Shown here one piece after another: positions 28,404 to 36,987 of a stretch of DNA of 56,789 bases. This DNA comes from an uncultured virus (IMG/VR IMGVR_UViG_3300030376_005178) (taxonomy: Duplodnaviria > Heunggongvirae > Uroviricota > Caudoviricetes), in the IMG/VR virus record IMGVR_UViG_3300030376_005178; one strand, written 5' to 3'. Under the pieces are notes generated by a model, which saw only the letters and a program-made list of their open reading frames with translations, did no database searches and had not been told where the DNA came from. Both the position numbers and the translations under genes were made by a program. Numbering within the stretch: position 1 is the stretch's first letter; the number at the start of each line of letters is the position of its first letter.

Positions 28404-29035
28404 CCAAGAGCCTCTGCAACTACAGGAAGTTGTTCCTTAAAGATCTCCCTACACTGTTCTGCAATGTCCTTGTGCTCCTTCTGAGTACCATGATTAGATC
28501 TAAGATCAATATAATGTATCCAAGACCTTACACTGCCACTCATGTACAATCTAGTAGGTACAGCAAGTGGTAATACAAATCTGGCACATTCTTTAGCAAC
28601 ACCCATATCTATCATATAACGATAGAGATCCTGAGCATCATGGAAATGTTGAGCAATTTCTTTCTCTAACATTTTTACCTTTTCTGGATCAAGATCATCT
28701 GTAGAATTCTGACGATTCTTCAAATCTTGCCTTCTTAATTCTGGTAAAGGTATTAAACTACCTTTTGTCATTAAAGAGGTGTCAGCATACCTTTGGGAAA
28801 ATTCCTGAAAGGTGAAAGACCTATGACGCAATATCTGAGCAGCAAGACCTCTAGTGGTCTCGATCTCAAGTGTCATAAATGCTTGTTCAAATATAGACCA
28901 ATGTTGATGCTTAATACAATAAGCAAGTAATTTGGCATAATCTGGATTATCCTGATTATTGGGATTTGACACCCTAGCGATATACGCTATTTGTTCCTCA
29001 GGATTTGGTGTTATCTGAATCAGTTTTACAGTCAT
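28394..29035 (-). CDS. thyX: Flavin-dependent thymidylate synthase
   Basis: HWSIFE and QILRHRSFTFQEFSQRY ThyX motif. Confidence 0.95.
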   Translation of the reverse strand: MTVKLIQITPNPEEQIAYIARVSNPNNQDNPDYAKLLAYCIKHQHWSIFEQAFMTLEIETTRGLAAQILRHRSFTFQEFSQRYADTSLMTKGSLIPLPELRRQDLKNRQNSTDDLDPEKVKMLEKEIAQHFHDAQDLYRYMIDMGVAKECARFVLPLAVPTRLYMSGSVRSWIHYIDLRSNHGTQKEHKDIAEQCREIFKEQLPVVAEALGWV

Positions 29036-29180
29036 TCTGTAGTTTTCTCAGTTGTTTCAATTTGAGTTTTGCTTTAGCTTCTCTTTTTGCCTGACGCATA
29101 TAATGAAGTTCTTCCTCATTATACATCTCAGGATGCTTCAGTGCTTTCTTCACTAATTTGATCGTTTCCTTTAGTCGCAT
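28998..29180 (-). CDS. Small basic hypothetical protein
   Basis: LVKKALKHPEMYNEEELHYMR; typical gene upstream of thyX. Confidence 0.55.
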   Translation of the reverse strand: MRLKETIKLVKKALKHPEMYNEEELHYMRQAKREAKAKLKLKQLRKLQNDCKTDSDNTKS

Positions 29181-29343
29181 AATACGCTTTAAAATAACCT
29201 GCTAGTCCGTTTGTTGTAACCTGCTTACTACACCACTCATCTGCACATTCATAAATGGCACGATTTAAGTAGGTATTACTACCGTATTTAGACAGCAAGA
29301 TCTTAAGGACTTCTTGTCGTAGCTTTAGTTTTTCGTCATTCAT
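29128..29343 (-). CDS. Small hypothetical protein
   Basis: MNDEKLKLRQEVLKILL...AIYECADEW. Confidence 0.55.
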   Translation of the reverse strand: MNDEKLKLRQEVLKILLSKYGSNTYLNRAIYECADEWCSKQVTTNGLAGYFKAYYATKGNDQISEESTEAS

Positions 29344-29482
29344 CAGTCTCCTCTTCCCATACTTCATCTACATCCTTAAGATCTTTAGTATATGCCTCAG
29401 TGTCAGAATATATCTCTGACTCTAATTCCTCTACAATCTCCTTAAGAGCCATAGTCAATACTTTTAACTTTCCTTTATTCAT
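29336..29482 (-). CDS. Small acidic hypothetical protein (48 aa)
   Basis: Not in the track. MNKGKLKVLTMALKEIVEELESEIYSDTEAY..., overlapping both neighbours. Confidence 0.6.
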   Translation of the reverse strand: MNKGKLKVLTMALKEIVEELESEIYSDTEAYTKDLKDVDEVWEEETDE

Positions 29483-29714
29483 TCAAAGCCTCTTTAGTAG
29501 GTGCTCTAAAGTATTTGTTAATAACATCTATTTGATCCTGATACTTTGCTATTATATCCAATTCTTTTTCAATAGATTCCAATATGTCAGTATGTTCACC
29601 AACACCAGCAGGATGCTCTAGATAGATTTCAATGTTTGCTTTATGTTTAGCAATGTCACCTTGAGCATGTGCTAGTAGTGCTCTTAGGATTTGTTCTCTC
29701 ATATGAAGTGCCAT
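29475..29714 (-). CDS. Conserved hypothetical protein
   Basis: HAQGDIAKHKANIEIYLEHPAGVGEH motif. Confidence 0.7.
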   Translation of the reverse strand: MALHMREQILRALLAHAQGDIAKHKANIEIYLEHPAGVGEHTDILESIEKELDIIAKYQDQIDVINKYFRAPTKEALNE

Positions 29715-29734
29715 AAGATTTTCCTCTTTTGGAT

Positions 29735-29763
29735 ATTATACTATAAAAAAAGAGGGGTCGCAA
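29735..29763 (-). promoter_or_regulatory. Sigma70-type promoter overlapping the terminator
   Basis: TTGCGA-17 nt-TATAAT; the -35 box lies in the terminator loop. Confidence 0.55.
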
Positions 29764-29772
29764 CCCCTCTTT
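29745..29772 (-). terminator. Rho-independent terminator after the DUF4278 peptide gene
   Basis: AAAGAGGGGT-TGCG-ACCCCTCTTT followed by a T-run on the - strand. Confidence 0.8.
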
Positions 29773-29775
29773 ATA

Positions 29776-29919
29776 TTAACTACAAGGTTTTGCCTTGCTT
29801 TTGCACTGTATACCTCGATACATGAGATCGAAGTTTCGTTGTTGTGCTGCTTCCGCAAGAACTGCCTTGCGATGAGCATCAGTGTCGTACTCGACACCAC
29901 GGTAAGTAACTTTTGCCAT
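29776..29919 (-). CDS. DUF4278-family peptide (YRG motifs; related to glutamine synthetase inactivating factor IF17)
   Basis: Not in the track. MAKVTYRGVEYDTDAHRKAVLAEAAQQRNFDLMYRGIQCKSKAKPCS, with two YRG motifs, downstream of a glutamine-riboswitch-like element. Confidence 0.8.
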   Translation of the reverse strand: MAKVTYRGVEYDTDAHRKAVLAEAAQQRNFDLMYRGIQCKSKAKPCS

Positions 29920-29950
29920 TGGCTGTACCTAAAGGTAGGGTGGATAACCC

Positions 29951-30131
29951 CGTTCCTTCAGTCGGCTTTTGCGTCCCAACATTCAGGTGTTTCTTCTATC
30001 ACGACCAAAATCATTTCTGCTCGTGTCTCTTCTTCGACCTTAAACTCATAGATCTTATCGATCAATAATTGAGCATCGGCACAAACTAGAGTACTAGCAA
30101 CTGCTGCTAAGTGAAACATGTGGGATGAACG
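29951..30131 (-). ncRNA. Glutamine riboswitch-like aptamer 2 (glnA/Downstream-peptide family) with greatly expanded P2 loop
   Basis: 5' half CGTTCATCCCACAT (30131-30118) and 3' half ATGTTGGGACGCAAAAGCCGACTGAAGGAACG (29982-29951). P1 is CGTTC/GAACG; P2 is TCCCA-CAT/ATG-T-TGGGA. Confidence 0.7.
29958..30119 (-). CDS. 53-aa protein nested inside riboswitch aptamer 2
   Basis: Not in the track. MFHLAAVASTLVCADAQLLIDKIYEFKVEEETRAEMILVVIEETPECWDAKAD. ATG lies in the 5' P2 strand and TGA in the 3' conserved block. Confidence 0.65.
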   Translation of the reverse strand: MFHLAAVASTLVCADAQLLIDKIYEFKVEEETRAEMILVVIEETPECWDAKAD

Positions 30132-30135
30132 GTTC

Positions 30136-30176
30136 CGTTCCGAGTCGGCTTACTTGCGTCCCTTCTGGGATGAACG
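30136..30176 (-). ncRNA. Glutamine riboswitch-like aptamer 1 (glnA/Downstream-peptide family)
   Basis: CGTTCA-TCCC-AGAA-GGGA-CGCAAGTAAGCCGACTC-GGAACG, with a TATAAT box at 30185-30190 just upstream. Confidence 0.75.
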
Positions 30177-30227
30177 ATATGTGCATTATAACACATTACT
30201 ATGTATAAGACCAGAATGTAATATTTC

Positions 30228-30299
30228 TTATAAAATCCTGTAGCTCGAAAAAAATGCGGAGTTTTTTTTCCCGAATATTTGGAACAAAAAGTCGAATTT
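30228..30299. repeat. 72-bp dispersed intergenic element, copy 1
   Basis: Ungapped match to 43455-43526 (55/72 identical by manual count). Confidence 0.75.
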
Positions 30300-30302
30300 G
30301 CC

Positions 30303-30857
30303 TCAGAAACCGATTTTGTGATGAGGATTCGATTTGTGGTGCGGAACATCCCAAACAAAAGTAATCCTATCAACATCACCCACATTTTCTGCAGAATGAG
30401 GTATTTTATTATAAAACCAGAAGAATGTGCCAGGTTCTACGATCATTTCTTCGTCACCAACTCTATAACGATATTTTCCCTGTAATGATAGATGATACCT
30501 ATCTTTATTTTTATAATAATCTCCTCTATCAATATGCTCTAAAACTTTCCGACCTGGAGCTAATTTAAAAAATGCTGCTCTGCCAGTTTTCTTGATCTTA
30601 TACTTTTTCCAAAATTTATGAATTTCTGTGTAATGATCGTAAAGTCCAGTAGGTTCCTTACCACTATGTTCGTGAGGATCTATACCAGGAGGAACTTTTG
30701 CCCATACTAAAGGTAAAAATCCATAGGGGTTCTTTTTTCCACCCAAATTTTTTTGCCTAGAGACCCAATTCCAATGATCAGAATCCATCTGATCAAGAAA
30801 TGGTTTTGGGTCAATACCTGTTTTTATAATTCTTATATTTTCTTTATATGGATTCAT
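30303..30857 (-). CDS. Aspartyl/asparaginyl beta-hydroxylase-family 2OG-Fe(II) oxygenase
   Basis: HIDRGDYY...RYHLSLQG...FWFYNKIPHSAENVGDVDRITFVWD. Confidence 0.75.
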   Translation of the reverse strand: MNPYKENIRIIKTGIDPKPFLDQMDSDHWNWVSRQKNLGGKKNPYGFLPLVWAKVPPGIDPHEHSGKEPTGLYDHYTEIHKFWKKYKIKKTGRAAFFKLAPGRKVLEHIDRGDYYKNKDRYHLSLQGKYRYRVGDEEMIVEPGTFFWFYNKIPHSAENVGDVDRITFVWDVPHHKSNPHHKIGF

Positions 30858-31621
30858 CTGTAGTTAGCGTTGGGTTTGCCATCAGGAATACATTCTAATA
30901 CCTTTTCTCTTGGGAACCAACCCATCTCACGCAAGGCAGTAGTGTCAGCACATGTTTCATCTCTTTCACCTGGTGTACTCTCCTTAACTGGTAGATTAAA
31001 ATGACCAAATGCTTCTGCTAGATCTTTGACTGCTATAGTCTCACCTGTTCCCACATCTATGTGTCCAGTATATGTACTAGACATTAGGTAACAGATTGCT
31101 CTAGCAACATCCTTAACATGGATCCAATCCCTATAATGATTGGTAATGTATTTGGCATCTCCGTCCTGTAGCATCCTGAATAACATATCAGACCTACTAT
31201 TCTCACCATACACAGTCTGGAATCTCATCCCTACACTGTTAGGTGGTGCTTGTAGTTCATTAACCTTCTTGGTAATACCATAAGGATTCTGCCACCACTC
31301 CTCTACTTGTGCTGAACTAGCATAGAGTAGTCTGACATTATATCTCCTACAATAATCAAAGATAGGTTTAGACTTCTCGACATTATTCTCCCAGAATACA
31401 TCTGGATTGTCTACACTACCTCTGATGTTAGCAAATGCTGCGAGATGTATGACATAATCATATGGTTTCTCGAACATGCTGATCTCAGACTGAAAATCCC
31501 CGACATCATCGGGGAAATCCATACCATCAACTAGGTATCCGTAACCTGCCTCATGTCTAAGGTGATTGAAGACATAACTGCCTATGAATCCCTTATGACC
31601 AGTAACTAAGATTTTTGTCAT
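30854..31621 (-). CDS. NAD-dependent nucleotide-sugar epimerase/dehydratase
   Basis: ILVTGHKGFIG, HLAA, YASSA and PYGITK motifs. Confidence 0.85.
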   Translation of the reverse strand: MTKILVTGHKGFIGSYVFNHLRHEAGYGYLVDGMDFPDDVGDFQSEISMFEKPYDYVIHLAAFANIRGSVDNPDVFWENNVEKSKPIFDYCRRYNVRLLYASSAQVEEWWQNPYGITKKVNELQAPPNSVGMRFQTVYGENSRSDMLFRMLQDGDAKYITNHYRDWIHVKDVARAICYLMSSTYTGHIDVGTGETIAVKDLAEAFGHFNLPVKESTPGERDETCADTTALREMGWFPREKVLECIPDGKPNANYR

Positions 31622-32004
31622 TTGCGTTTCTTTTTAGTTGGTGGAGGAGTATTGCCCCACATAGCAGGGTTTCTCGTGCCGTTAGTGTATCCTATCTTCT
31701 TGAGACCACCCTTAAGTTTGTCCCAATAAAAATCAAATACATCTGCTCTCTTACCAGCAATCACTATATCATAGTGCATCTTGTCAGAGTTATCAACAGT
31801 GTACTCTACCAAATAAGAGTTGGTAGGTAATGTTTTTACATTAGATTTTTCTAATGAGCAATCGGGTACATGGATATTAATCCAATACTTTTCCTTTGCT
31901 AACTTTATGTCCTCTGCTTTCCAAGTCTTAGACTCTTCCACCCCATTTGATATCGGGGTAGGCTTCTTGGACAACTGGGAAGCTGCATCTGTATTTTTTG
32001 GCAA
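31618..32004 (-). CDS. Conserved cyanophage hypothetical protein
   Basis: LPTNSYLVEY...YDIV...VFDFYWD...GTRNPAMW. Confidence 0.6.
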   Translation of the reverse strand: MPKNTDAASQLSKKPTPISNGVEESKTWKAEDIKLAKEKYWINIHVPDCSLEKSNVKTLPTNSYLVEYTVDNSDKMHYDIVIAGKRADVFDFYWDKLKGGLKKIGYTNGTRNPAMWGNTPPPTKKKRK

Positions 32005-32377
32005 GTTTCTTGTCCTTTACTAAACATAACACTTCAGCCTCATCTGGTGCGAGAGACTCAAGGAGTTGAATAAACAATACCTCTCTTCGAGTGTTGTTTA
32101 TATCATAGTTACCTCCTTCAATGAAATTATACAGGGTTCTGTACTCAGATGCAAGCTTGCTCTGAGATTCAGGAGTTGGAGAAGGGTTAGGTTCGTAGGG
32201 TACTTCACCTTCAGGCAAAGCACTCTTAAGACTCTCATCATAGTTCCAGATGAGACAATACCTTAATGCTTTAGAGTCGTACTCTCTGAGTACATCTATC
32301 TTTTTCTGCTTAGTCTTCTGCTTATGAACAGCATCTAAGACTTCAGCAACCGTTGGTTTTGGTGGTAATTTAGCCAT
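31928..32377 (-). CDS. Conserved T4-like hypothetical protein
   Basis: WNYDESLKSALPEGEVPY...RREVLFIQLLESL..EAEVLCLVKDK. Confidence 0.7.
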   Translation of the reverse strand: MAKLPPKPTVAEVLDAVHKQKTKQKKIDVLREYDSKALRYCLIWNYDESLKSALPEGEVPYEPNPSPTPESQSKLASEYRTLYNFIEGGNYDINNTRREVLFIQLLESLAPDEAEVLCLVKDKKLAKKYRCSFPVVQEAYPDIKWGGRV

Positions 32378-32391
32378 GATAATTTCAAAAG

Positions 32392-32622
32392 TTAATCGTC
32401 GTCGTCGTCTTCATCCACAAGGTTGTCGAATCTAAATGCAATCAGTGATTCGGGTATGATATTTCCATGTTCATCATACATTTCTGGATGTGATGGAGGA
32501 TTTATGTTAGGTCTATCATGATGATAGAACATATACTCTCGGAGTACCCATCCTAACATGACTGATACAATCGCTGTTAAGATGATAAAAAATGATCCGA
32601 AGACCAAAGATACTGGTAACAT
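32392..32622 (-). CDS. Small single-pass membrane protein (DUF2973-like)
   Basis: N-terminal TM helix, HPEMYDEHGNII motif, acidic tail. Confidence 0.65.
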   Translation of the reverse strand: MLPVSLVFGSFFIILTAIVSVMLGWVLREYMFYHHDRPNINPPSHPEMYDEHGNIIPESLIAFRFDNLVDEDDDDD

Positions 32623-32696
32623 TTTCCTGCCTCTATAGGGTTGTCAAGTAAACTAAAACTTTAACCCTCCATGCTAATTAATTTTATTTAGCAGGT

Positions 32697-33029
32697 TTAT
32701 ACGAGACTATTCTCCTTAAAATACTGAGCAAGCTCAGCAGCACCTCCTATCTTAATTCTTGCGTCTTGTCCTTTGATATCAGCAACTACCTGAGGGAATT
32801 GCTTTGTACCAAATTCCTCCTCGAAAGCTTCAATAGTAAAGTGTTGATCTAAAGTATACACCACATACTGTTGATTTGTCAACCGCATAAGGTCTTTAAC
32901 CTTCTCACAAAAAGGACATCCTTCCATTGAATAGAGTATGAATGTATTTTCTTGTGCAAACTTAGTAATAGAAGGCACTTGATACTCTGTTTCGGGAGGA
33001 GCTACATCCCCACATGTGGCACAGGTCAT
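32697..33029 (-). CDS. nrdC: Glutaredoxin
   Basis: CPFC active site, FPQV, IGGA; TATAAATA at 33047-33054. Confidence 0.85.
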   Translation of the reverse strand: MTCATCGDVAPPETEYQVPSITKFAQENTFILYSMEGCPFCEKVKDLMRLTNQQYVVYTLDQHFTIEAFEEEFGTKQFPQVVADIKGQDARIKIGGAAELAQYFKENSLV

Positions 33030-33049
33030 GTTAGTCTAGAAAAAATTAT

Positions 33050-35812
33050 TTATAGGAATGCAGGTTCTCCATCTTGACCTCCATACACAACTATATTAAC
33101 ATCCCTTAGGTCTTCTGGAGCAGGGATGCCGTTATATATTGTAACACCAAATCCCGTTGTTGTCCTGTCAAATACCGTACCTTCTACAAGACCACCTGGG
33201 AAATTGTTAGTACCTCTACCATTTACCACTACAGCATAGTTATTATCATTCATTGCATCAGCAAAGTTTACAGTGTATACACCAGTAGATGACTGTTCAA
33301 TAGAACTAACATTGAAAGAACGATCTCCAGGAACATAGTCACTGTTACCTACACCTAAGTTAGTGTTCATGTACCATGCAGTAGCACGACCCTCGAACAT
33401 CTGAGTGTGTGTACATGTCTTAAGTCCAGCAGTATTCTTATACTCTCCTACCTTAAGGACTCTATTCATCTCAGAGTTAAACACCTGAATAGAGTTACCC
33501 ATACTACCCATAGTAGTACCAACTCCAACACCATACCAGAATAATGATGGTGTGTACTCAGTAACAGTAATCTCTGTATAAGATCCAGTAACAGTAACAT
33601 CCTGTGTCATTACAGAAGGTGTGGTACTACCATAACCTACTGGATCACCTGATGCTGATGTATAGAATGTAATAGGATAGTTTCCTTGCTGTGATGCGTT
33701 CTCAAATCTATATGTCTGTCCAACTTCAAATCTTAAGTAAGGTGACTCGTATCCTTGAATGTTTACTGATCTATCAGATCCAATTCCATGATACCTATGG
33801 TTGGTAGTTTTAGTACCAAGAGTAACAGGTAGAGGTAAGAATGGTCCTTTGTGCTCTGTGTAGAGACTCTTAGAGGTCTCTGCAGCACCTGTTAAGGTAG
33901 AGAATGACGCAGTGTTAGCAAAGGTGGCATTGGTCGCCTGTGAAGCGATCCCTGCGTTAGTTGCATAGGTAGCAACACCACACTTATCTGCGTAACTAGA
34001 AACACCACAGATGTCAGCATGAGGAACCTTCTGAACACTGATGGTTGTAATACCAGCAGAGGTTGTTGTAACATCAAAACTAGTTGTGAAATCAATGGAA
34101 CTTGCAGTACCTACACTAGCTCCATCATGTCTAACAACAATACCAGTTCCAGTTGCAACTATATTTTCTAACTGACTACCATCTCCATAGAACTTATCAT
34201 ATGTCCTGATAGGATTGTAAGATACAATATCAAAATTAGTAGTAAGACCAGATGCAATGTCAGCACTAGCAGCATTACCTGTACATTGATTTGCACTAAG
34301 AGCATTCGATGCTAAAGATACAGCAACACCTACAGAAAGAGACTGTGCCTCTACTGCTACATCAGCAGTGCCAGCAGTCGTAGCATAGTTTGCTGTCTCT
34401 GCTAGTCCAACTGTACCAGCAGTAACAGTTGCAACACCAGCAGATGCATTAGTAACATTAAATTCTGATCCAAAATCTATGATAGCACCAACACCTCTCT
34501 GAGCCTGATTGCTAGTGAGACTGACACCAAATCCTGCAGCAGTTACACCAGTAATCTGAGTACCATCACCAACAAATGCTGTAGCAGTAATTACACCAGT
34601 AGTATTAACACTTCCATCAGTTCCTACACCAGCAAACTGAAGTTCAATAGGTCTAGTGTATGCAGCAAATGCTACATCAGTTTTGGATGCTCTAGTAACA
34701 AGAGTTTGTCCACTAGCAATACCTATATTGTCTATCTTTAATTCTTGTAATGGTTGTAGTCTCTGACCAAAGAGGAAGTAATCTTCAACACTAAAGCTAT
34801 TAATATCTCCCGAAGCAATACCAACAGAGACCGCAGCAACTCTATCTGAATTTCTATTTGATACATGAATAGTTGCTACACCATCATACTTAGATGTAAA
34901 TAATCCTACATTATCATTAATCTGAGGGAATGCAGTGCTACTAATATATGAATTACCTCTACCTAAATTTTTCTGAACATCAGAATTAACATTACCGTAT
35001 GCTGTATTAGATATGATAGTAAAACTTACACCAGGTTCAGATGATGTAACATATATTGAATCTCCTGCCTTCAATGTAATATCATCATACATTGCATTGC
35101 CACCCACTTCCAGTGGTATACCATAAGCAATATAATCAGAGTCTTTGTTGAAGTTACCATCAGCAACTGTAACAGTTGCACCATTCCCATGAATAAAATC
35201 AACATTTAATTCTGCATCTCCACCACCAGATCCAGAAATTTGTACTGTTTCATTCTGTATATACCCTGAACCATCAGTTCTAATAGCAACAGCAGTAACT
35301 GATCCATTGTCAGCAGTAACATCTAGTGTCAATCCTGTTCCAGATCCATTAAGACTAGTTGTATTAACCTCACTTGTTATTCCAGCAGGATATGCATTAC
35401 CAGAATTAATACCAATAGAAACTTGCTTTACACCAGATGCATTAGCATTGGTAATTGATAGAGCATCTCCTAGATTATATTCACTTCCACCATCAAAAAT
35501 ATTTACACCACTTACAGTACCATTCCCATGAACAGAAATGTCTACTGTTGCTCCAGATCCATTACCTCCTATCAATACTAGTCCAGTCCCATCAGTATAC
35601 CCAGTACCTGCATTAACTAAGGGACTTAGTTTAGTTATATCACTGTTGCCAGAGATAGAAACTGAATGGGTTAACTTATCTTCTGTCTGGTTCGATGCCG
35701 AGACATTGACAGTTACCATCTCAGTAGCAGTGTACAGTAGAGTGTTGGTAACTGTACCCTTCTGGTATGTCGTTTTTAACGATGCGAGTCTTCCTATCAC
35801 GGCTCTATGCAC
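33050..35812 (-). CDS. Tail fibre/virion structural protein
   Basis: Gly/Thr/Ala-rich fibre repeats (GVITATAFVGDG, ATNATFAN) and C-terminal NVSSIEQSSTGVYTVNF domain. Confidence 0.7.
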   Translation of the reverse strand: MHRAVIGRLASLKTTYQKGTVTNTLLYTATEMVTVNVSASNQTEDKLTHSVSISGNSDITKLSPLVNAGTGYTDGTGLVLIGGNGSGATVDISVHGNGTVSGVNIFDGGSEYNLGDALSITNANASGVKQVSIGINSGNAYPAGITSEVNTTSLNGSGTGLTLDVTADNGSVTAVAIRTDGSGYIQNETVQISGSGGGDAELNVDFIHGNGATVTVADGNFNKDSDYIAYGIPLEVGGNAMYDDITLKAGDSIYVTSSEPGVSFTIISNTAYGNVNSDVQKNLGRGNSYISSTAFPQINDNVGLFTSKYDGVATIHVSNRNSDRVAAVSVGIASGDINSFSVEDYFLFGQRLQPLQELKIDNIGIASGQTLVTRASKTDVAFAAYTRPIELQFAGVGTDGSVNTTGVITATAFVGDGTQITGVTAAGFGVSLTSNQAQRGVGAIIDFGSEFNVTNASAGVATVTAGTVGLAETANYATTAGTADVAVEAQSLSVGVAVSLASNALSANQCTGNAASADIASGLTTNFDIVSYNPIRTYDKFYGDGSQLENIVATGTGIVVRHDGASVGTASSIDFTTSFDVTTTSAGITTISVQKVPHADICGVSSYADKCGVATYATNAGIASQATNATFANTASFSTLTGAAETSKSLYTEHKGPFLPLPVTLGTKTTNHRYHGIGSDRSVNIQGYESPYLRFEVGQTYRFENASQQGNYPITFYTSASGDPVGYGSTTPSVMTQDVTVTGSYTEITVTEYTPSLFWYGVGVGTTMGSMGNSIQVFNSEMNRVLKVGEYKNTAGLKTCTHTQMFEGRATAWYMNTNLGVGNSDYVPGDRSFNVSSIEQSSTGVYTVNFADAMNDNNYAVVVNGRGTNNFPGGLVEGTVFDRTTTGFGVTIYNGIPAPEDLRDVNIVVYGGQDGEPAFL

Positions 35813-35861
35813 TTTTTTTAGTATTTATCTGTGCTAGAATATATACAGTAAACATTTTAGT

Positions 35862-36647
35862 ATGTATATTCTTACAGGAGCTGATGGTTTCATTGGGAAA
35901 CACTTCAAGAGTTCTCTTGATGGTGTAGTTGAATGTAATCTAGATAACTGTCTTACTTTCTTAGACAACTTTAAGAGTTGGGATAAGATTGATATGATCA
36001 TCCATCAAGGTGCGTTGTCCTCTACAACCAACAAGAACCTTGAGATGGTATACAAATATAATATAGACTTCAGCATTAAACTATTTGAGAAGGCAATAGA
36101 GTATGGTATCCCTGTTAAGTATGCCAGTTCAGCATCTGTCTACGGTAATCAACAAGGCATTATAAATCCCCTGAACTACTACGCATTATCTAAAGCAACA
36201 GTAGATTACTGGGTCTTAGATAATATAGAACGCTTTAGATATGTTCAGGGGTTTAGATACTTTAATGTATATGGATCAGGTGAGCATCATAAAGGAGCGA
36301 TGGCATCACTAGTCAGTCAGTTTACTTGGCAAGCAGCTACTGGTCAAATACATCCGTTTGAAGGCTCCGAGAAAATCCTTCGTGACTATGTGTGGGTTGG
36401 GGATCTGGTGAATGTAGTTTTATCAAACACTGCGGGTTCTGGCATATTCGATCTTGGCACAGGATCGCCAACAGCAATTGGCACTGTAGCTCAACTAGTT
36501 TCATCAAAAACGCAGTCGAAATTGTCTCCAATCCCATTTCCACCTCATCTTAAGGGTAAGTATCAATATTATACCATAGCAGATATGTCTTGGTTAAAAG
36601 ATTATAATTTCTTAACAGTTGAGGAATATATTAATCGCCAGGAATAA
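35862..36647 (+). CDS. hldD: ADP-L-glycero-D-manno-heptose 6-epimerase
   Basis: TGADGFIG, HQGALSSTT, YASSASVYG, PLNYYALSK and RYFNVYG.GE.HKG.MAS motifs. Confidence 0.85.
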   Translation: MYILTGADGFIGKHFKSSLDGVVECNLDNCLTFLDNFKSWDKIDMIIHQGALSSTTNKNLEMVYKYNIDFSIKLFEKAIEYGIPVKYASSASVYGNQQGIINPLNYYALSKATVDYWVLDNIERFRYVQGFRYFNVYGSGEHHKGAMASLVSQFTWQAATGQIHPFEGSEKILRDYVWVGDLVNVVLSNTAGSGIFDLGTGSPTAIGTVAQLVSSKTQSKLSPIPFPPHLKGKYQYYTIADMSWLKDYNFLTVEEYINRQE

Positions 36648-36987
36648 TCCTGTGCGAGTCCTCATCAAAATGTTCCGTAGAAAATTCAAATAATTCTGCA
36701 TCTTCTAGTGCAAGCATCTGATGTCTAGTTCCTCTACAACAATGGAAACTCTCACCAGGTTCTAATAATAAAGTCTTTGCAGAATCTCTATCATTATCCG
36801 AACTATAAAATAATTCTATTCTTCCTGATTGTAAGTAAAAGGTTTCATCCTTTAGGATATGATAGTGCCATGAACACCTGTGGTTCTTCTTAATAAACAG
36901 TAGCTTGCCACAGTACTCATCAGAGTTAGCAATCCACTTCTCATAACCCCATCCCTTGTTTACAAATTTAGGTTGTTTCTTTTTCAT
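36631..36987 (-). CDS. Cupin-fold sugar isomerase-like protein
   Basis: KGWGYEKWIAN...SWHYHILKDETFY...RHQM...EFSTEHF. Confidence 0.7.
   Translation of the reverse strand: MKKKQPKFVNKGWGYEKWIANSDEYCGKLLFIKKNHRCSWHYHILKDETFYLQSGRIELFYSSDNDRDSAKTLLLEPGESFHCCRGTRHQMLALEDAELFEFSTEHFDEDSHRIIPGD

Noticed and set aside
29951..30176. Repeated GGGATGAACG and AGTCGGCTT units as a mini-CRISPR or simple repeat
   Set aside because: Only two copies of each with irregular spacing and no cas genes. Tandem aptamers explain them.
30217..30232. Possible NtcA box (GTA-N8-TAT) upstream of the riboswitch promoter
   Set aside because: One mismatch in the TAC half-site within AT-rich DNA; not distinguishable from chance by eye.
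29839..30485. Track ORFs 29839..30051(+), 30107..30385(-) and 30279..30485(+)
   Set aside because: They cross the riboswitch, promoter and 72-bp element. The shorter - strand ORFs explain the region better.
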